From: Girardia tigrina
Lineage: Eukaryota
Direction of reading: 5' to 3'
DNA: 50,373 nucleotides
NCBI GenBank assembly: GCA_001938485.1
Contig: MQRK01250777.1
Coordinates: forward strand, 8,642 to 59,014
In this document: positions 27,501-41,800 of the stretch, piece by piece
How positions within the stretch are numbered: position 1 is the first letter of the stretch
How the letters are laid out: every line of letters begins with the position of its first letter
Notes under the pieces: generated by a model
The model's database searches: none
What the model was told of the DNA's origin: nothing
What the model saw: only the letters and a program-made list of their open reading frames with translations
Program-made: the position numbers and the translations under genes

Positions 27501-30500
27501 CATATAATCCAATTGGGTTTAGTAGACATCTGCTGTGATAGAAAAACCAGATTTCATGAATTAATTATGGATTACACCTGCGGCAGACCACCAAACATTC
27601 GTTATCAGATTCTTTTGATAAATGTGTGCTTTAGACTGTGTTTTTATGATTCATTTGTGTCCAAATAGCTTGCTGAACGTTTACGATTATCAAATTGGAT
27701 CCAATTTTCATAACAAGCGAGGATTCGACTCAAAAAGCAAGCATATTTATAATGAGAAAGCATAACAAGCAAGCATCCAAACGTTGTCTTGTCTTCTTTT
27801 CATTCAACTCATGTGGAATCTATTTATCCATCTTTTTCCCTTTCGTAATCATACCTACAAATTTCATACTTTACAACCTCATATATTTGCATTAAACACT
27901 ACGTATTTGATGTTCATGATGTATGATTCATCCCGTTTGTTAAAGCTGCTTCACTCATTTTTCTCTTAATCCTGAATTTTTGTACACTTAAAAGTAAGAA
28001 GCTGAAGGTGAAGTTTTTGGAAGTTTTTGTTTCTTTGGAAGTTTTTGAAAAGGATTAAAATTATGTTTCGTATTTGAATACCCAAAAATTACTATCAACA
28101 TTTCTTATAGAATTGTAAATTTAAAAGAAAAGAAACAATTTGAAATCAAGCTCCTGCAGTAGAAGGATGAATCAACAGGCACAAAAAAAACCTTTGGAAT
28201 ACAAAAGATTTATTTGCTTGATATTTCTTCTACTTTTTTTTACAAATTATGAAGATCCAAATTTCGTAAAGAATCCTCTTTGAGTATCATAAGGGGATAT
28301 GGAAGAATTGTGACTCGTTTCTTATACGACTTGATATTGAATGGAAGTGTTAAGGGTTTGGTCAAGGTGGAAACGTAAAGGATGTAAAATGTAACAAACG
28401 CGTATTTCTAATAATTTTTTGTACCAAAAAATTGCCATTTCTCGTTATAGCAATTAATGTAAAAATAAACTTATAAAATTTGATGTTATTTATTTATTTC
28501 AGGGAGATCGTGGATTGAACGGATCAATGGGAATAAATGTAAGTAATAATGAATAAAAATTACTATTTTTAAGATGAATAGAACGAATTTTTGTGGCCTA
28601 AAATAATCTTTAGATTTATATCATCTATAATTTGTGTTTCATTATGTGTGAGATCATCTGAATATATTTTATACACGGATAGTTGTTCTCCAACTTATGC
28701 ATCTTTGTGATATTCGCTACACTTCATGATCATTAAAGCCATTGTTGTAGTAAGAGCGAATCCATAGCTCTGCTGTTTTATTGAGAGAACCCTTTTCTTT
28801 AAAGAGAAATAAAGCATTTTTTGTACAAAACATCAGCGATTCAAGAATAGCCTCTGGTTGGATATGTTCTTATCATAATTCCACAACCAATTGATCCTTT
28901 TTATTTGTATGATATGGAGAGACTCTTAGTAATACCAAACCTCCTGTTCTCCAACCGCTACTATGTGGAATCAATTTCCATACCCTACTAGATACTTAAA
29001 ATTATAGTACGTTATATAGATAATGATAATGACAAACGTATAATCTACTTAATTCTATTAAAGAATTTCTTACCAATGCCAGCAATTATATGATTCTAAC
29101 TGATTTTGAAATGGCTACAATGGATGCCTTCCAGTTTAATAACCTAAACGGTTTAGTAAAGTGATTGTATTTTCCCTTCTGCAAATCACTTCTATTAAAA
29201 ACGCTGCAAATTGGTCTGGGTCATATTTATAAAACGAAAGATGAAGTGCGAGGAATGATACAAATTCTTCTAGCTTATGATATTTTTATACCTTCTTCTA
29301 CTACAATATAAAGGCATTGATGAGCTGATATCTTCTCTTCAGCACACATACATTTGTATAGGTTGTGGAGATCATTAGAGACCTGCTTTATTTCCTCCCT
29401 GTATACCGGATCAAAAAATATCCGCAATCGAGAGGAATATTTTGATGGAATCAGAAAGAAGATTTCAATACAGCATCCGTTTTTCTTTAAGGTTCTTCTG
29501 GATAGATTGAGCGTCAGAAAAGAAGTATTTGAGGCTTACAGAATGTGTTTGCAATGGTATTGAAATTTATGGACACTAAAATTGATTTATATTTTAGTGG
29601 ACTTCGTCTCAACTACCGCAGTTCTAAATAATAAATTTTCGTAGCTAAACTTTATGGTTACTTTTAATTGATGTTTTATTTTTTTCATTTTACATTTCAA
29701 TTTTTTGATCATCAATGATTTTACGATTAACAACAGATATTTACCAAATGACTGTTAAATGGCATAAAATTTAAAATTTAAATTTTAAATCTAAGTGTGA
29801 TGAAATGACCCAGTAAATATACTCGTAATGTCAAATACTTTTAGTATTCGTCAATGGATTTCAATTTAGAAATCAAAGAGCTCAAAAACAAGTCTAGAAT
29901 TTTTGCGGCTCTATACTAGACTAAATCGATCCTTTACAGCACTGAATGAAGGGGATAATCAGCTTTGTGTACTTTGGTTACCATAGAGCTTCGCTGGTTG
30001 AGATCCTTGGCCTTGATTCTGGTAACCTCTTCATCGATTAGTTTTCCTCTAAGGAGACAGTTTCCATAATTCATCGAAATGATTTTCATCTTCTTTTGGG
30101 GAATGGATGCTATTCCTTTGGAATTTCAATTTATCGAATTTGTCGATATCTAGTTTATTGTTCATTGTACCAACATACCGGAGTATTCCTAGAATACGCC
30201 GGGGCGTATAATCGGAAAATGCTTTCAATAATTCGTAATAATTCTTTTAGCAAATTATCGATATTCGCAATAAAAAGCTTTATGAAAAATTTTTTATGTT
30301 CAAAGAGACATCACTTTTTTAGGGTAATCACTTTTGCTAAGACATGTTACACAATACCCTTATCAAAATTTGTTGTAATTAAATATTTATTTTTATTCAA
30401 CTTCTTTAATGTTTCCTTATCTGATTTTATGAGCCTTTTGTTAGTAATTATATAATTATTTGGGACCCATTAAAATAGAATCGTTTACATTATAAAATAC

Positions 30501-33500
30501 GCGATGGTTCAACTTTTACTGAAAAATTTTAAATGATTTTCGTTTTTTTCAATATTATTGTTTTTTGTATAATTATTATTACATGTATTACCAAATTTTT
30601 TAATGTATTATTTTCAGAATTATTATAACTTGATTCAATTTAGCTTTTAATTTTCATACGTTTACGGGGCTTTAATTCAATGATTGATTTTATATTTTCA
30701 TATTTTTATTTCCTCATTCTTTAACCCTTCGTAACTCAATATCTGAAAAAAATACCACACAATGTAATAGATAGAACAGTAAAATTCATCATCCTACCAC
30801 CAACGCCACCTGTAGGTACTAATAAATCACCGATGTTGTATAGATCGGTGTGAAACAGATATTTAAAACAGATTTAAAACAGAGGTCTCAAAGTAGCGGC
30901 CCGTGGGCCACTTGCGGCCCTCAGAGGTAAATCGTGCGCCCCGCGTCATAAGTCTCACAAATCTAAATAGAACCACAAACAGTGTAATTTTACATAACAG
31001 TGACTAAATTTTCACTAAAAGCATAAACAGCAAGTGTTATTATAATACTATAGCATGGTTTCTTTAAGAATAAATGTTTTTTTTGAATACATGTTTTCTT
31101 TTATACTTAGTTAAATAGTTTTTTTTCTGTGTTTGATAATGTACTTGACATTTCCATTGTGGCCCGCCGTTGCATTTGTGTTGTATCAAGTGGCCCGCAC
31201 AGCAAAAAGGTTTAACACCACTGATTTAAAATGTGATATGTTAATAGTTACAGATGCTGTAAGAGTTACAACGGTTTGTTACAGAAGTGTCCCACCATGT
31301 TACGAAGGGTTAACTGATAATTTAAGAGATTATTAATTGGAATTTTATTACCCCTGCAATTTAATGCAATTTATCAACCTTTTTATATGTTTTTAAAATT
31401 TGAGAAACCATATCCATTTATGTTTTAATAATGACATTCAAAACCGAAGCTGTTCAACTATCTCGAAAATTCAATTCTAACCTGACATATTTCTTTTTAG
31501 ATATTGTAACGGCTTTTCATTATATAAATGATTGTGATCATTACTCATTTCGTCTGATGATGATGGATGATCCGTTGAAATTATTGATTGTTTGTTTAAT
31601 TATTGTTTGAATAATTTGCAATTTTTTCAAATTTAAATAATAATAAATTATTATACTTTGTTGCAGGAAAACAAATATTTATTAAAAAAATGATCAAAAA
31701 AAAGGTTTAAAGGTTGCTCAAATTTGACTTAATTATAAATTTATTTTATAACAAAAACAACTAAATAAGTTTATTGAAATTTATATATTTAAGAATGTAA
31801 TTTTGAAAACTACGTTACTAGATGCTATTGAAAGATGTTGACCAATTTATATCACTATAGGGTACTAAAGGAGAAAAAGGTCTTCCTGGTTTTCAAGGAC
31901 AAATCGGAATGAATGGAACAAAAGTAAATTTTCAGTCTCAAGATTTTTTTACTAAATCAATTGTTATGATTTTTTATATTTTTTTCATTTGGAATTTAGG
32001 GAGAAAATGGTACAATGGGTCCAAAAGGTATTAAAGGGAAAGAAGCTCCACATCCAAAAATACAAGAAGGACAGAAAGGCGAAAAAGGAAGTCAAGGAGA
32101 AAATGGTACAGAATGCCCATCTGAAGAACCTAAAGCAAGAAAAATTAATGGTACTTTTGGAGAACGTGGACATAAAGTAAATATCTTTTTTTTTAATTTC
32201 AACAAGAATAATTATTTTTAGGGATTGAAAGGAGAATCAGGAAATAAAGGAGAACCAGGAGTTGTTGGAAATCCGGTAATAAAAAAAGGTTTTCAATAAA
32301 ACATTTAATTCTATTTAGGGAGTAAAAGGTAAAAATGGGACAAATGGAGAAAAAGGATTAGAAGGATTCCCTGGAGACCGTGTATGTTTATCATAAATAA
32401 ATTATTTTTATAGTAATTTACTAATTTAGGGTAAGAAAGGATTGAAGGGTAATGAAGGTTACCAAGGAGATCAGGTTTGATTTTTTAACTAGATTATTTT
32501 TTTTATAAAAACATAGGGAAACGAAGGTAGGCCAGGACAACAAGGTCCAATTGGAGAAGCCGGTGAAAAAGGAGATAGAGGTATACCGGGAAAGAATATG
32601 GAAAGAGGAGAACGTGGAGAGAAAGGACCACCTGCAGTAAATATTTATCGAATTAAAAAGAAAATTACTTAAGCTAAATCTTTGAAATTGTTTTAGATCA
32701 TTAATTGTACTTCGTCAGATTATGAAAAAGGTGTAAAGGGCGAAAACGGTTCTAAGGGTGAAGTTGGAGATTTTGGTTTGAAAGGAGAAATTGGATACCA
32801 AGGATTAAATGGAAGTGAGGGTGAACCTGGAAACAAAGGTCCCGATGGACCTGGTGGTTCAGAATGCATAAAAGGAGAAAATGGACGTCAAGGTGAAAAA
32901 GGAGATACAGGTAAAACAAACTTTATTAGTTGTAAAGGTTTGTTAATAATTATTTTCATGTATCTTCAATAGGTGTCTCTGGAAAAGAAGGTGAACAAGG
33001 CAACAGAGGATTAACTGGCGAGAAAGGATTAACCGGTAAAACTGGAAAAAATGGAACATATATTGAGGGAGAAGATGGAGATAGAGGCAAAGTGGGTCAA
33101 CGAGGAGAAAAGGGTGATTTTTAAAACTGATGATCTTTCTGGGAAATTAATTCTGTTAACTGTAACAGGAGATAATGGAACTACTGGGGAAAAGGGTGAA
33201 AAGGGTTATGCTGGAAATATAATCGGACAAGAAGGACCAAGAGGAGATCCAGGTGAAGATAGTCAAGATGGTGCTAAGGGAGGTAAAGGAAAGCAGGGTT
33301 TAAAAGGCGAAAAGGGTGAAGCAGCAACAATGTGTGAATTAGACTGTCAAAAAGGTTCTACTGGACAACGTGGTGAAACTGGAGATAAAGGCATGACTGG
33401 TTTTCCTGGAAAAAATGGAACTCGTGGGGAGAAAGGTCTTAATGGAACTGTAGGTGAACCAGGAAAAGATGGAGTAAATGGATCAGTTGGAGAACCAGTA

Positions 33501-35785
33501 TGACTTCAATAAATTATTCTAAATTAGTTTTAATATTTAGAATTTAATACAAAAATATAATCAATTACTGAACTGAAACCATCTATTTTAGTCATTTGTG
33601 TCAACATTACATTATTGTTTTCCTTCCTTCTTGTAATTTTTAATTTTAAAATAAAATAAAATTTTAACAATACAAAAATTAAATATTTTTAAAAAGAATT
33701 CTGAAAAATATAATATTAATTTTTAAGTTGAACGCTCCTTTTTGCCTCTTTTAACAATTTCTGAATAATCAAAAATTCTTTATTTAATTATCTCTACAGT
33801 AGAGAGACTCTACTCAACAGAATATGTATATTACTTTATATTATTTAAATAAAATATTATAATTTTATACATCTTTTAGGGAAGAAAAGGTGAAAAGGGT
33901 TCTTATGGAATTCTCGGAGAGAAAGGAGAAATCGGATACATTAATAGAACTTCTAACTACACTAATGATGGTGAAGTTGGAGATAAAGGTGTTAAAGGTA
34001 GACCTGGCCCTCGAGGTGATCAAGGTGAACAAGGAATTGTTGGAACAGTTGGGGAAATTGGTAAAAATGGAACTAAAGTAAATAATACTAAAGCAATTTT
34101 ACTGGATTTAAAATAACTAAAAGGGTGAAATGGGTGCTAATGGAACAGTTGGAGTAGTCGGTCAGAAAGGTGAAAAGGGTGAAATTGGTGAACCGGGATT
34201 AAGTTCAAACGAAAGTATTAAGGGATATCGAGGAGATCAAGGTGTAAATGGGTCTAAAGGAAATCAGGGCCTAAAAGGCGAAGAAGGTTTCAAAGAAGAT
34301 TGTAATACCACAGCAAATTCATTGGGCAATCAAATTCAAGGTAATTTTGAAAATTAAATCTAGGTTTTTTTTATTTGTAAGAAAAATTTACACATTGAAT
34401 ATAATTTTATACACGCAATTTTGATAATCATTTCGACATTCCACAGTTGAGACTTCAGTCATTGATATCAAAAAGAATAGATGAAAAATTTTTATCGAAT
34501 TTTCTAAAACAAATAGACATATTTAAAACTTTTAAAATATTTACAAGGAATTTCGTAGGTTACAATTAAAACAAATATTAATTATTTAAAAATAATAATT
34601 TGATTTATTTGTTAAAAAAAATTTAAAATAAAATTAATCGATTCATTCAAAATTTTAAAATGATTTCAAATTAAATTAAAAATACATTTAAACATTAAGT
34701 CTTGATTTAAATCAAATTAGTTTCAGATATTAAGAATTAAAATATTAATCAGCCATTAGGGTAAGAGAGTCGCAATCCCAAATCAACACACAACATTGAA
34801 ACACATCAAACATTCAAATATTCCTCACATGGTTATTTGGTTTATACCAGAAATAAATCTGAAATAATATTTTTCTGTGCTAATTTACATGTTTAAAAGT
34901 TTGACTTTTTCATTTGTTTTTTTATTGTTGTAATATGTTTTATTACACAGTTCAAAGCAAGGGACAAAAAGGTGAAAAGGGAATGATTGGTGAAGGCGGT
35001 CCTCAAGGTCCAAACGGAATAAAAGGGGAAAAAGGATTTGTTGGCACGGATGGTCTGATGGGAATTAAAGGGGCTAATGGTACGGTTGGAATGAAAGGAG
35101 AAAGTGGAGTTCCTGGACAAAATGGTAATTTTATTGAATTTTCGATCGAATGGGCTTCATTTTTTACGATCGGCCATAAACTATATCATTTCAGAAGCAA
35201 TCTTGAAACTGAACTAATTGAAATTTTAAATGTCATAAAAATGAAATGGTAATTCTCTCATCATAAGGAGCAAAACACAATATTATCTCATTTTCATTTT
35301 ATTTTCGATTTATACAGTGACTTTATGAATGTTTTTTACCGAAAAATTATGATCCCATAGCATTGATGCTTGACTATCCAATACTATCATTTCTTTGACC
35401 ATCCTTCTATATGATTTAAGATTGGTAATATTAACCTTTTGACTTATAGAAACGTTTTCTAGTTTAATTTTTAAGTCACTTCTTCTAAATATAAGTCAAA
35501 AGAGAGTATAAAACCTGATATAGTTTTCTGAAATCCACTTTTGCCGTTGTAATTCGATTAATATGTATACTGTCTTACTAAAAGTCCCCGACCACCTATG
35601 CGTTCACTGTTATGTAAGATTATGAGAATTTTAAACGAATGAATATATTCACAAAACGTATAATGATATTAATGTATTTTTAATGATTTAAGATTGGTAA
35701 TATTAATCTTTTGACTCATAGAAACGTTTTGTAGTTTAATTTTTAAGTTACTTCTTCTAAATATAAGTCAAAAGAGAGTATAAAA

Positions 35786-35826
<41 letters not shown>

Positions 35827-38800
35827 TGTCTATTGAATTTTACCACCTCCTTCATCTCTCTGGCATCGAGTTGAGGACACTTGCTGGGTAGTCAAGAAGA
35901 ATATTACGCCACTCTTCCAGACGGTATTCTGCTAGGACAGCAAGAGAAGATAAAAGACAATGTCTTCGACGAATTTGGTTCTCTACTTCCTCCCAAAGCT
36001 TCTCTGTAGCATTTAAATTAAGGCTTTGTGCAACCCAGTCTAAGTCGTGTATGTATTGAGCGAGGAACTAGTCTTTCATCATTTTAGCAATTTGCAAGAC
36101 GCGTGATCGTGGTTTCCTGTAACAATTGGGCGATACGGAAGCAAATCTTTCTCTAGTACCTCTGTATATTGATAGGCTGAAACACAATTGAGACAGACTT
36201 TGAGATGCCAGATTGCATGAGGGACCCATACAATCAAAGAATAGCTTTCTGATTTGACTGTAGGTACTAGATAATCATGGTTGAATCACTCATGATTTCG
36301 GCACCAAACCCGAATGCGTCCATCAAAGTTAAAAAAGTAAAGCAAGATTCACCAGACCATGTAATTTTATTTTCGAGGAACTTTTGCACTTTCTTTTCAC
36401 ACAAACCATTATAAATAAGAATAGATATAAATATAGATATGGTTATTTTTATCTAGTACGAATTAAAATTTTATGCTTTTTTTTTAAATTATAAGGTGAA
36501 TTCACCAAAATTTTGTTGCATTTTTTATTAAATTTCAATTTTATTGTACATTTAAATTTAACTGTTTCTCAATTATATTTCTCCATTTTGTAAAATAGCA
36601 TTTTCATTTCGTTTTCATAATAGCTTAAAAATTACTGTTAGATTTTGATAAAATAACGTTTTGAAAATAAAATTAAATCGCATTTTTCATTTTTTAAATT
36701 ACCCCTTTTTTACATAAAATAAAATTAATATTTCCAATAATAATAACGTTTTCCAAAAAAAAATTAAAATTGCATTTTAATTTACTTCGATTTAATCATG
36801 TAAAATAAAAAAGTTACAAAAAATAGTTTAGTTTATTTTTATTTCGCAAATAAAATATTAAATTTATATTCATTTTTATTTTATTTCAATTAAATACTTC
36901 CATCAAAATTAAAATTAACTTTTTTACTCTATTATAAATCTTTGAATACATCTTTTAATAAACATACCGTAAATTTATTTTATTTCTTACATAAATTAAT
37001 TTTTACCTTAAATTCTGAAAATCTTATTTTAACATATCTACAACACTATTTTACGGAATATAATTGTTTTATTATTAATTTGATCAAATTGTAAATTCAA
37101 AAATTTCATGAACTCAACAACGCTCCCAACAAACACCTCAAAATTATGCGCCTTATAGTCAGAAAAAAATCTTTGACGACCACATCTTGCTGATGAGGAT
37201 ACACTGCCAGTATTAAAATATCTGTGAAAGATGTCTACCACAGCTGTTTTCATATTTCCTATTAGCAACACATTTCTCACTGTAATTTACCACAGATAAA
37301 ACACCCCACAATGAAGCTTCTTTCAAATTTTCTGAGTTCCTTCTGTGTCATATTCAGATATGTTAAATAATATGCACTTTATTTCACTATAACGACTGAA
37401 AATTAATAGCTGGACGATGAAAAGAAGACACAACCAGAAGATAAATATCAGGAGTTGCTGTGATGATAGATAACTGAAATTTTCAAACACAATTGCCTCA
37501 TTTGATATAAGAAAAACATCATAATTAAATGAACTGCAGTTACTATGGGGTTCCTAAAATTTAAATTTATTATAAGTGGCGTATCTAATGTGTTCTTATT
37601 GTAACACCATAAAAAATTAATAATTATAATCATTTGATTAAAATTGATACTGTCTATGCATTTCACTGATAAAGATGCCAGACAGAATGAAAGAGATTAT
37701 AAATGCAAACATTAATGGTAAATACAAATGTGGTTAGTGACTTTGGTAGGGCGGTGTATGCATTTTAAATTCACAATTCATTCCTTGATATTATAATAAT
37801 ATACTTCAAAACCAAAAAAACCCTGCAATTTATAGTTTTTTGAAATATTTAAACTAGTGCTAGAGTTTTATATTATTTTAATTTATTATCAACAGAAAAA
37901 AAAGATGTTTTAATACAAAAACCAAATTATATAATCCTCATTTGCCATATTTAGGAGCTGGTCTGATGTAATAATGTATACTAAATGTGGCTTCTTTGAG
38001 GGATTATTTTTCAAACATCCATATTTTCGTTGCTTTCACATTTTTTCATCACCTAAAGAAAGAATTTTTCTTTCATCTAAGAATGAGACAGTTCATCATT
38101 AGATCATGTTACACTTAAATAAAATTAATGGATTTCTTTTATTCTTTTTAACATTAAAGAATGAAACAATTATAGTCTTGTATACATCCAGTCAAAAAAA
38201 TACAGTCAGAACTTGTAAGTCAAGTCCGTATTCTTTTTGGACTTGCGACGATATCGCTTCTTTTTTATTTTTTCTTTCATATATATGCTAAAGTAAATCA
38301 TTTTCAGATCTGCTTGATGTTCTCCAAAACTATTTTTCATGGACTAAGAAAATAGTTGTAAACCTAAAAAATAGATTGTTTTTCAAATATATTTTAAAAT
38401 CGTGTATCGATTATTAAGAACACTAATTGAATCTTCAATACATTTATTGATATCACAACTTGAATTGCCGCTTTTTTGTAGCTACTCATCGTTCTAGATT
38501 GATAAAATTTTAATTCTTTTTCTAAACATATTATTTTTCAAACAAATATAAATTACTATTTAATTTACAATATCGATTACAAAATGATTGACAATTTAAA
38601 TTACAAAATAATTTTAATTATTTTGAAAAATATTTTAGATATATTATTTATGATATTTTGATTTAATTTTAAAGTTAGTTATTTAAATTTTAAAATTGAA
38701 TAAATAATTCGACGCTTTAAAATATTTAAAATATCAATCTTCCATCTGGGTGGAAGAAACACAATCCCAAAGCAATATACCAAACAACATTCAATAAACA

Positions 38801-41800
38801 CCATTCAAAAATATTCCTCACGACGTAAAATTAGTTGTCGATCGAGATTTAAATTAAAACTTTATTTCCTTTAAAACTTAAAATAGATTTTCAAAATATT
38901 AAATTTCGGTACTGCGAGGAATGTTTTGAATTGTTTGTTGATATTGTGCATGTTGTATGTTGATTCGAATTGTGTCTCTCCTACCCACATGGATGATTGG
39001 TATTTTTTTTGATTCGTACTAATTGAAAATAATTTTATTTAATTTTGAAGTAAAAAGATTTAAAATAATTTTCGAATGTAATATTTAATTTTTAATGTAA
39101 TTTAAATTTTAATATGTACTTCTTAAAAAAATGTTTAGATTTAATTTTAACCAATTAGAATCTTTATAATTAATAATAAATATTTTTCATTTATTTTAAA
39201 ATTAGTATGAATTTAGACAATATATTTATCAAGAAAATTGTCGAATAGCGAAGGCGGTTTGAATAATTGTTGTCATGACAATTCTGATTGTGATGTTAAT
39301 AAATGTTTAAAAAATCATATTGATGTTGTTAATAAATATTTAAATATTTAATAAATATTAAATATTTTAGTTCCAATTAGAATGAAATGTTAATTTTTTC
39401 AATTATTTAATATATATTTTTTTATGAAGATATGTGTGTTTAATATTTAAAATTCAAAGAGAAAAAGCATCTAGATAATTAAAAATCAGACTTTATTCGG
39501 TGTCCTAGAAATAAAATAGTAATGAATAAATTTTTGTGATAAATCTCTTGTTTTTATCATTTTAGTGGACGTTAATACAGGTTTCATAAATGAACATAAG
39601 AAAAATGGGTTTATTAGTGTTCATTTTGAGTAAGTTTGAATTTATATGTTGATTGGAATTTTATGAAAATATAAAATATTTATTTAAATAATAAATAATA
39701 TGTAGTAATGTTTTACAAAAAAATAAGTTTACAATTATTTATATAAATTAGGTACAATTGGAAATATTGGTGAGACTGGTGAGGACGGTGAAGTTGGTAA
39801 ACCTGGAGACGTTGGCCAGAGAGGAGACAACGGAACCATGGGAATGAAAGGAAAAAAAGGTTATAAAAATATTTCTCTGGTTTTAAAGCAAAAGTGAATT
39901 TAAGGTGAAATTGGGGAAGAAGGCAGTGTTGGAAATGACACAATAGGTGAAAAAGGATCAAATGGAACAAAAGGATTCCTTGGCCCAAGAGGACCAAAAG
40001 GTCTTAAAGGAGAAAGAGGAGAGCAAGGTGTTAATGGCACAAAAGGTATGTAACTTAGAACTTTGTAATTATATTATTGTACTTAATAATTTAAGTAAAG
40101 TATGTTTAATCTTCGCCCAGTCTTGTAAAGTCTGAAAGACTTAAAATTATAATTTTTATTAAGCTTGTTTAAAAGAGTATTATGAGTAATAATTTTTTTA
40201 ATATTATTCATCTATAGAAATACAGCTTCCATTAAATTGTAACGTTAATAGTTCAAGGACCAAATGTTTCTGCAGGGTGTTTTCAAAATTTAGACGTACA
40301 TCACTTATTAAACTTTTATTTGAGTAATACGCAATGTATGTTCTTCAAGAAACATAGAGCTCATTAATTTAAAGTGTAATCGTTTTATTAATTTTAACTG
40401 AAACAATAATTCCTCGAAAATGTTAACTGTTTCGATTTCCAGATAAAAATGAAGATATCAAATGAAGATAATTTTAAAAGAAAAGTTTACAAAAATTTAT
40501 TATTAATCTAAAAATAAAATTATTTAAACAAATTATTATTTATTTTATTAAACAAACCTTGATTGTAGCTCAAGTTAAACATCACATTTGAACATACTAG
40601 AATGGCAAAGCTTAAAGTTTATTTCTCTTTACACGTTTCAAAGTGACTTAGGTTTATGGAAAGACTTACGTATTCGTTTTGTAAAACTGTTAAAGATGTT
40701 GTTTTAAAGTTCTTAATTTAATTTTATGATTTTATTTATAGGTCTAACTGGAATGATTGGAAATAACGGGACAAAGGGTGAAAGAGGTGACACTGGAGAA
40801 AAAGGAGATCGAGGAATACCTAACCCGAATGCTACCGCTGGTGACAGGGGAGAACAAGGTGCAAGAGGCATGAAAGGAATCCAAGGATCTATAGGAGAGA
40901 ATGGAACAGATGGAAATTGTACTGATAGAGGTTTAATGGGTGAAAGAGGTGATATGGGCCCACAAGGTGAAAATGGAACAAAAGGAGACATGGGAATAAA
41001 GGGAGAAATGGGAGAAAACGGTACCATAGGTGACACAGGGCAGAGTGGTACGTTTAAAGATTAAGAATTTCATAAATGAAAATTTTAAATTTCCTTTTAG
41101 GTGAAAATGGAACAGTTGGATTAATGGGAGAAACTGGTGATGCCGGACAAAATGGTTCCATTGGTTTGAAAGGACCTAGAGGAGAAAAAGGGGAAAATGG
41201 CACTCAAGGGGATATTGGAGATAGAGGAATTGCAGGAGAAAAAGGTAAATATAAATATGTTTTTAAAATAATAATTATTATTTAGGAAATAATGGTTCAA
41301 TTGGTTCGGTTGGACTTAACGGAACAAGGGGACAGAAAGGAGATTCCACTCCAGGAATTTCCGGAGATATAGGAGATCAAGGTGTTAAAGGACCACAGGG
41401 AGAAAAAGGTATTGCAGGCATGCCGGCTAAAGATGGACGGCGTGGAGATACAGGTCAATCATTCATTGGAGTTAAAGGAGACATTGGAAGCCCTGGAGAA
41501 AATGGTACAATTGGAGATAGTGGTGAACAAGGGGAAAACGGAACACGTGGCTCTCAAGGAGAGCAAGGAATTAACGGAACAATTGGAGATACGGTATTAT
41601 ATTAGTTTAAATTATCTTAAAGAAACTGTTAGGAACTTTAGAGTTATTCGATTTTGAACTCCTGGTGTCTTTATAATTTTCCATCAGATTTTGACATTTG
41701 ATTCTTCAGTGTGTACAAAAGAGTTATGACTTTTTGACTTTTTTAAAAAAAATAATTTTCTCTGTCATAAATCGATGAACTTTTGTTAAAAAAAACATTG

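Noticed and set aside
40713-41036. Pro/Ser/Phe-rich minus-strand ORFs (also 34893-35120, 39713-39997, 49776-49997)
   Set aside because: Reverse complements of Gly-X-Y exons.
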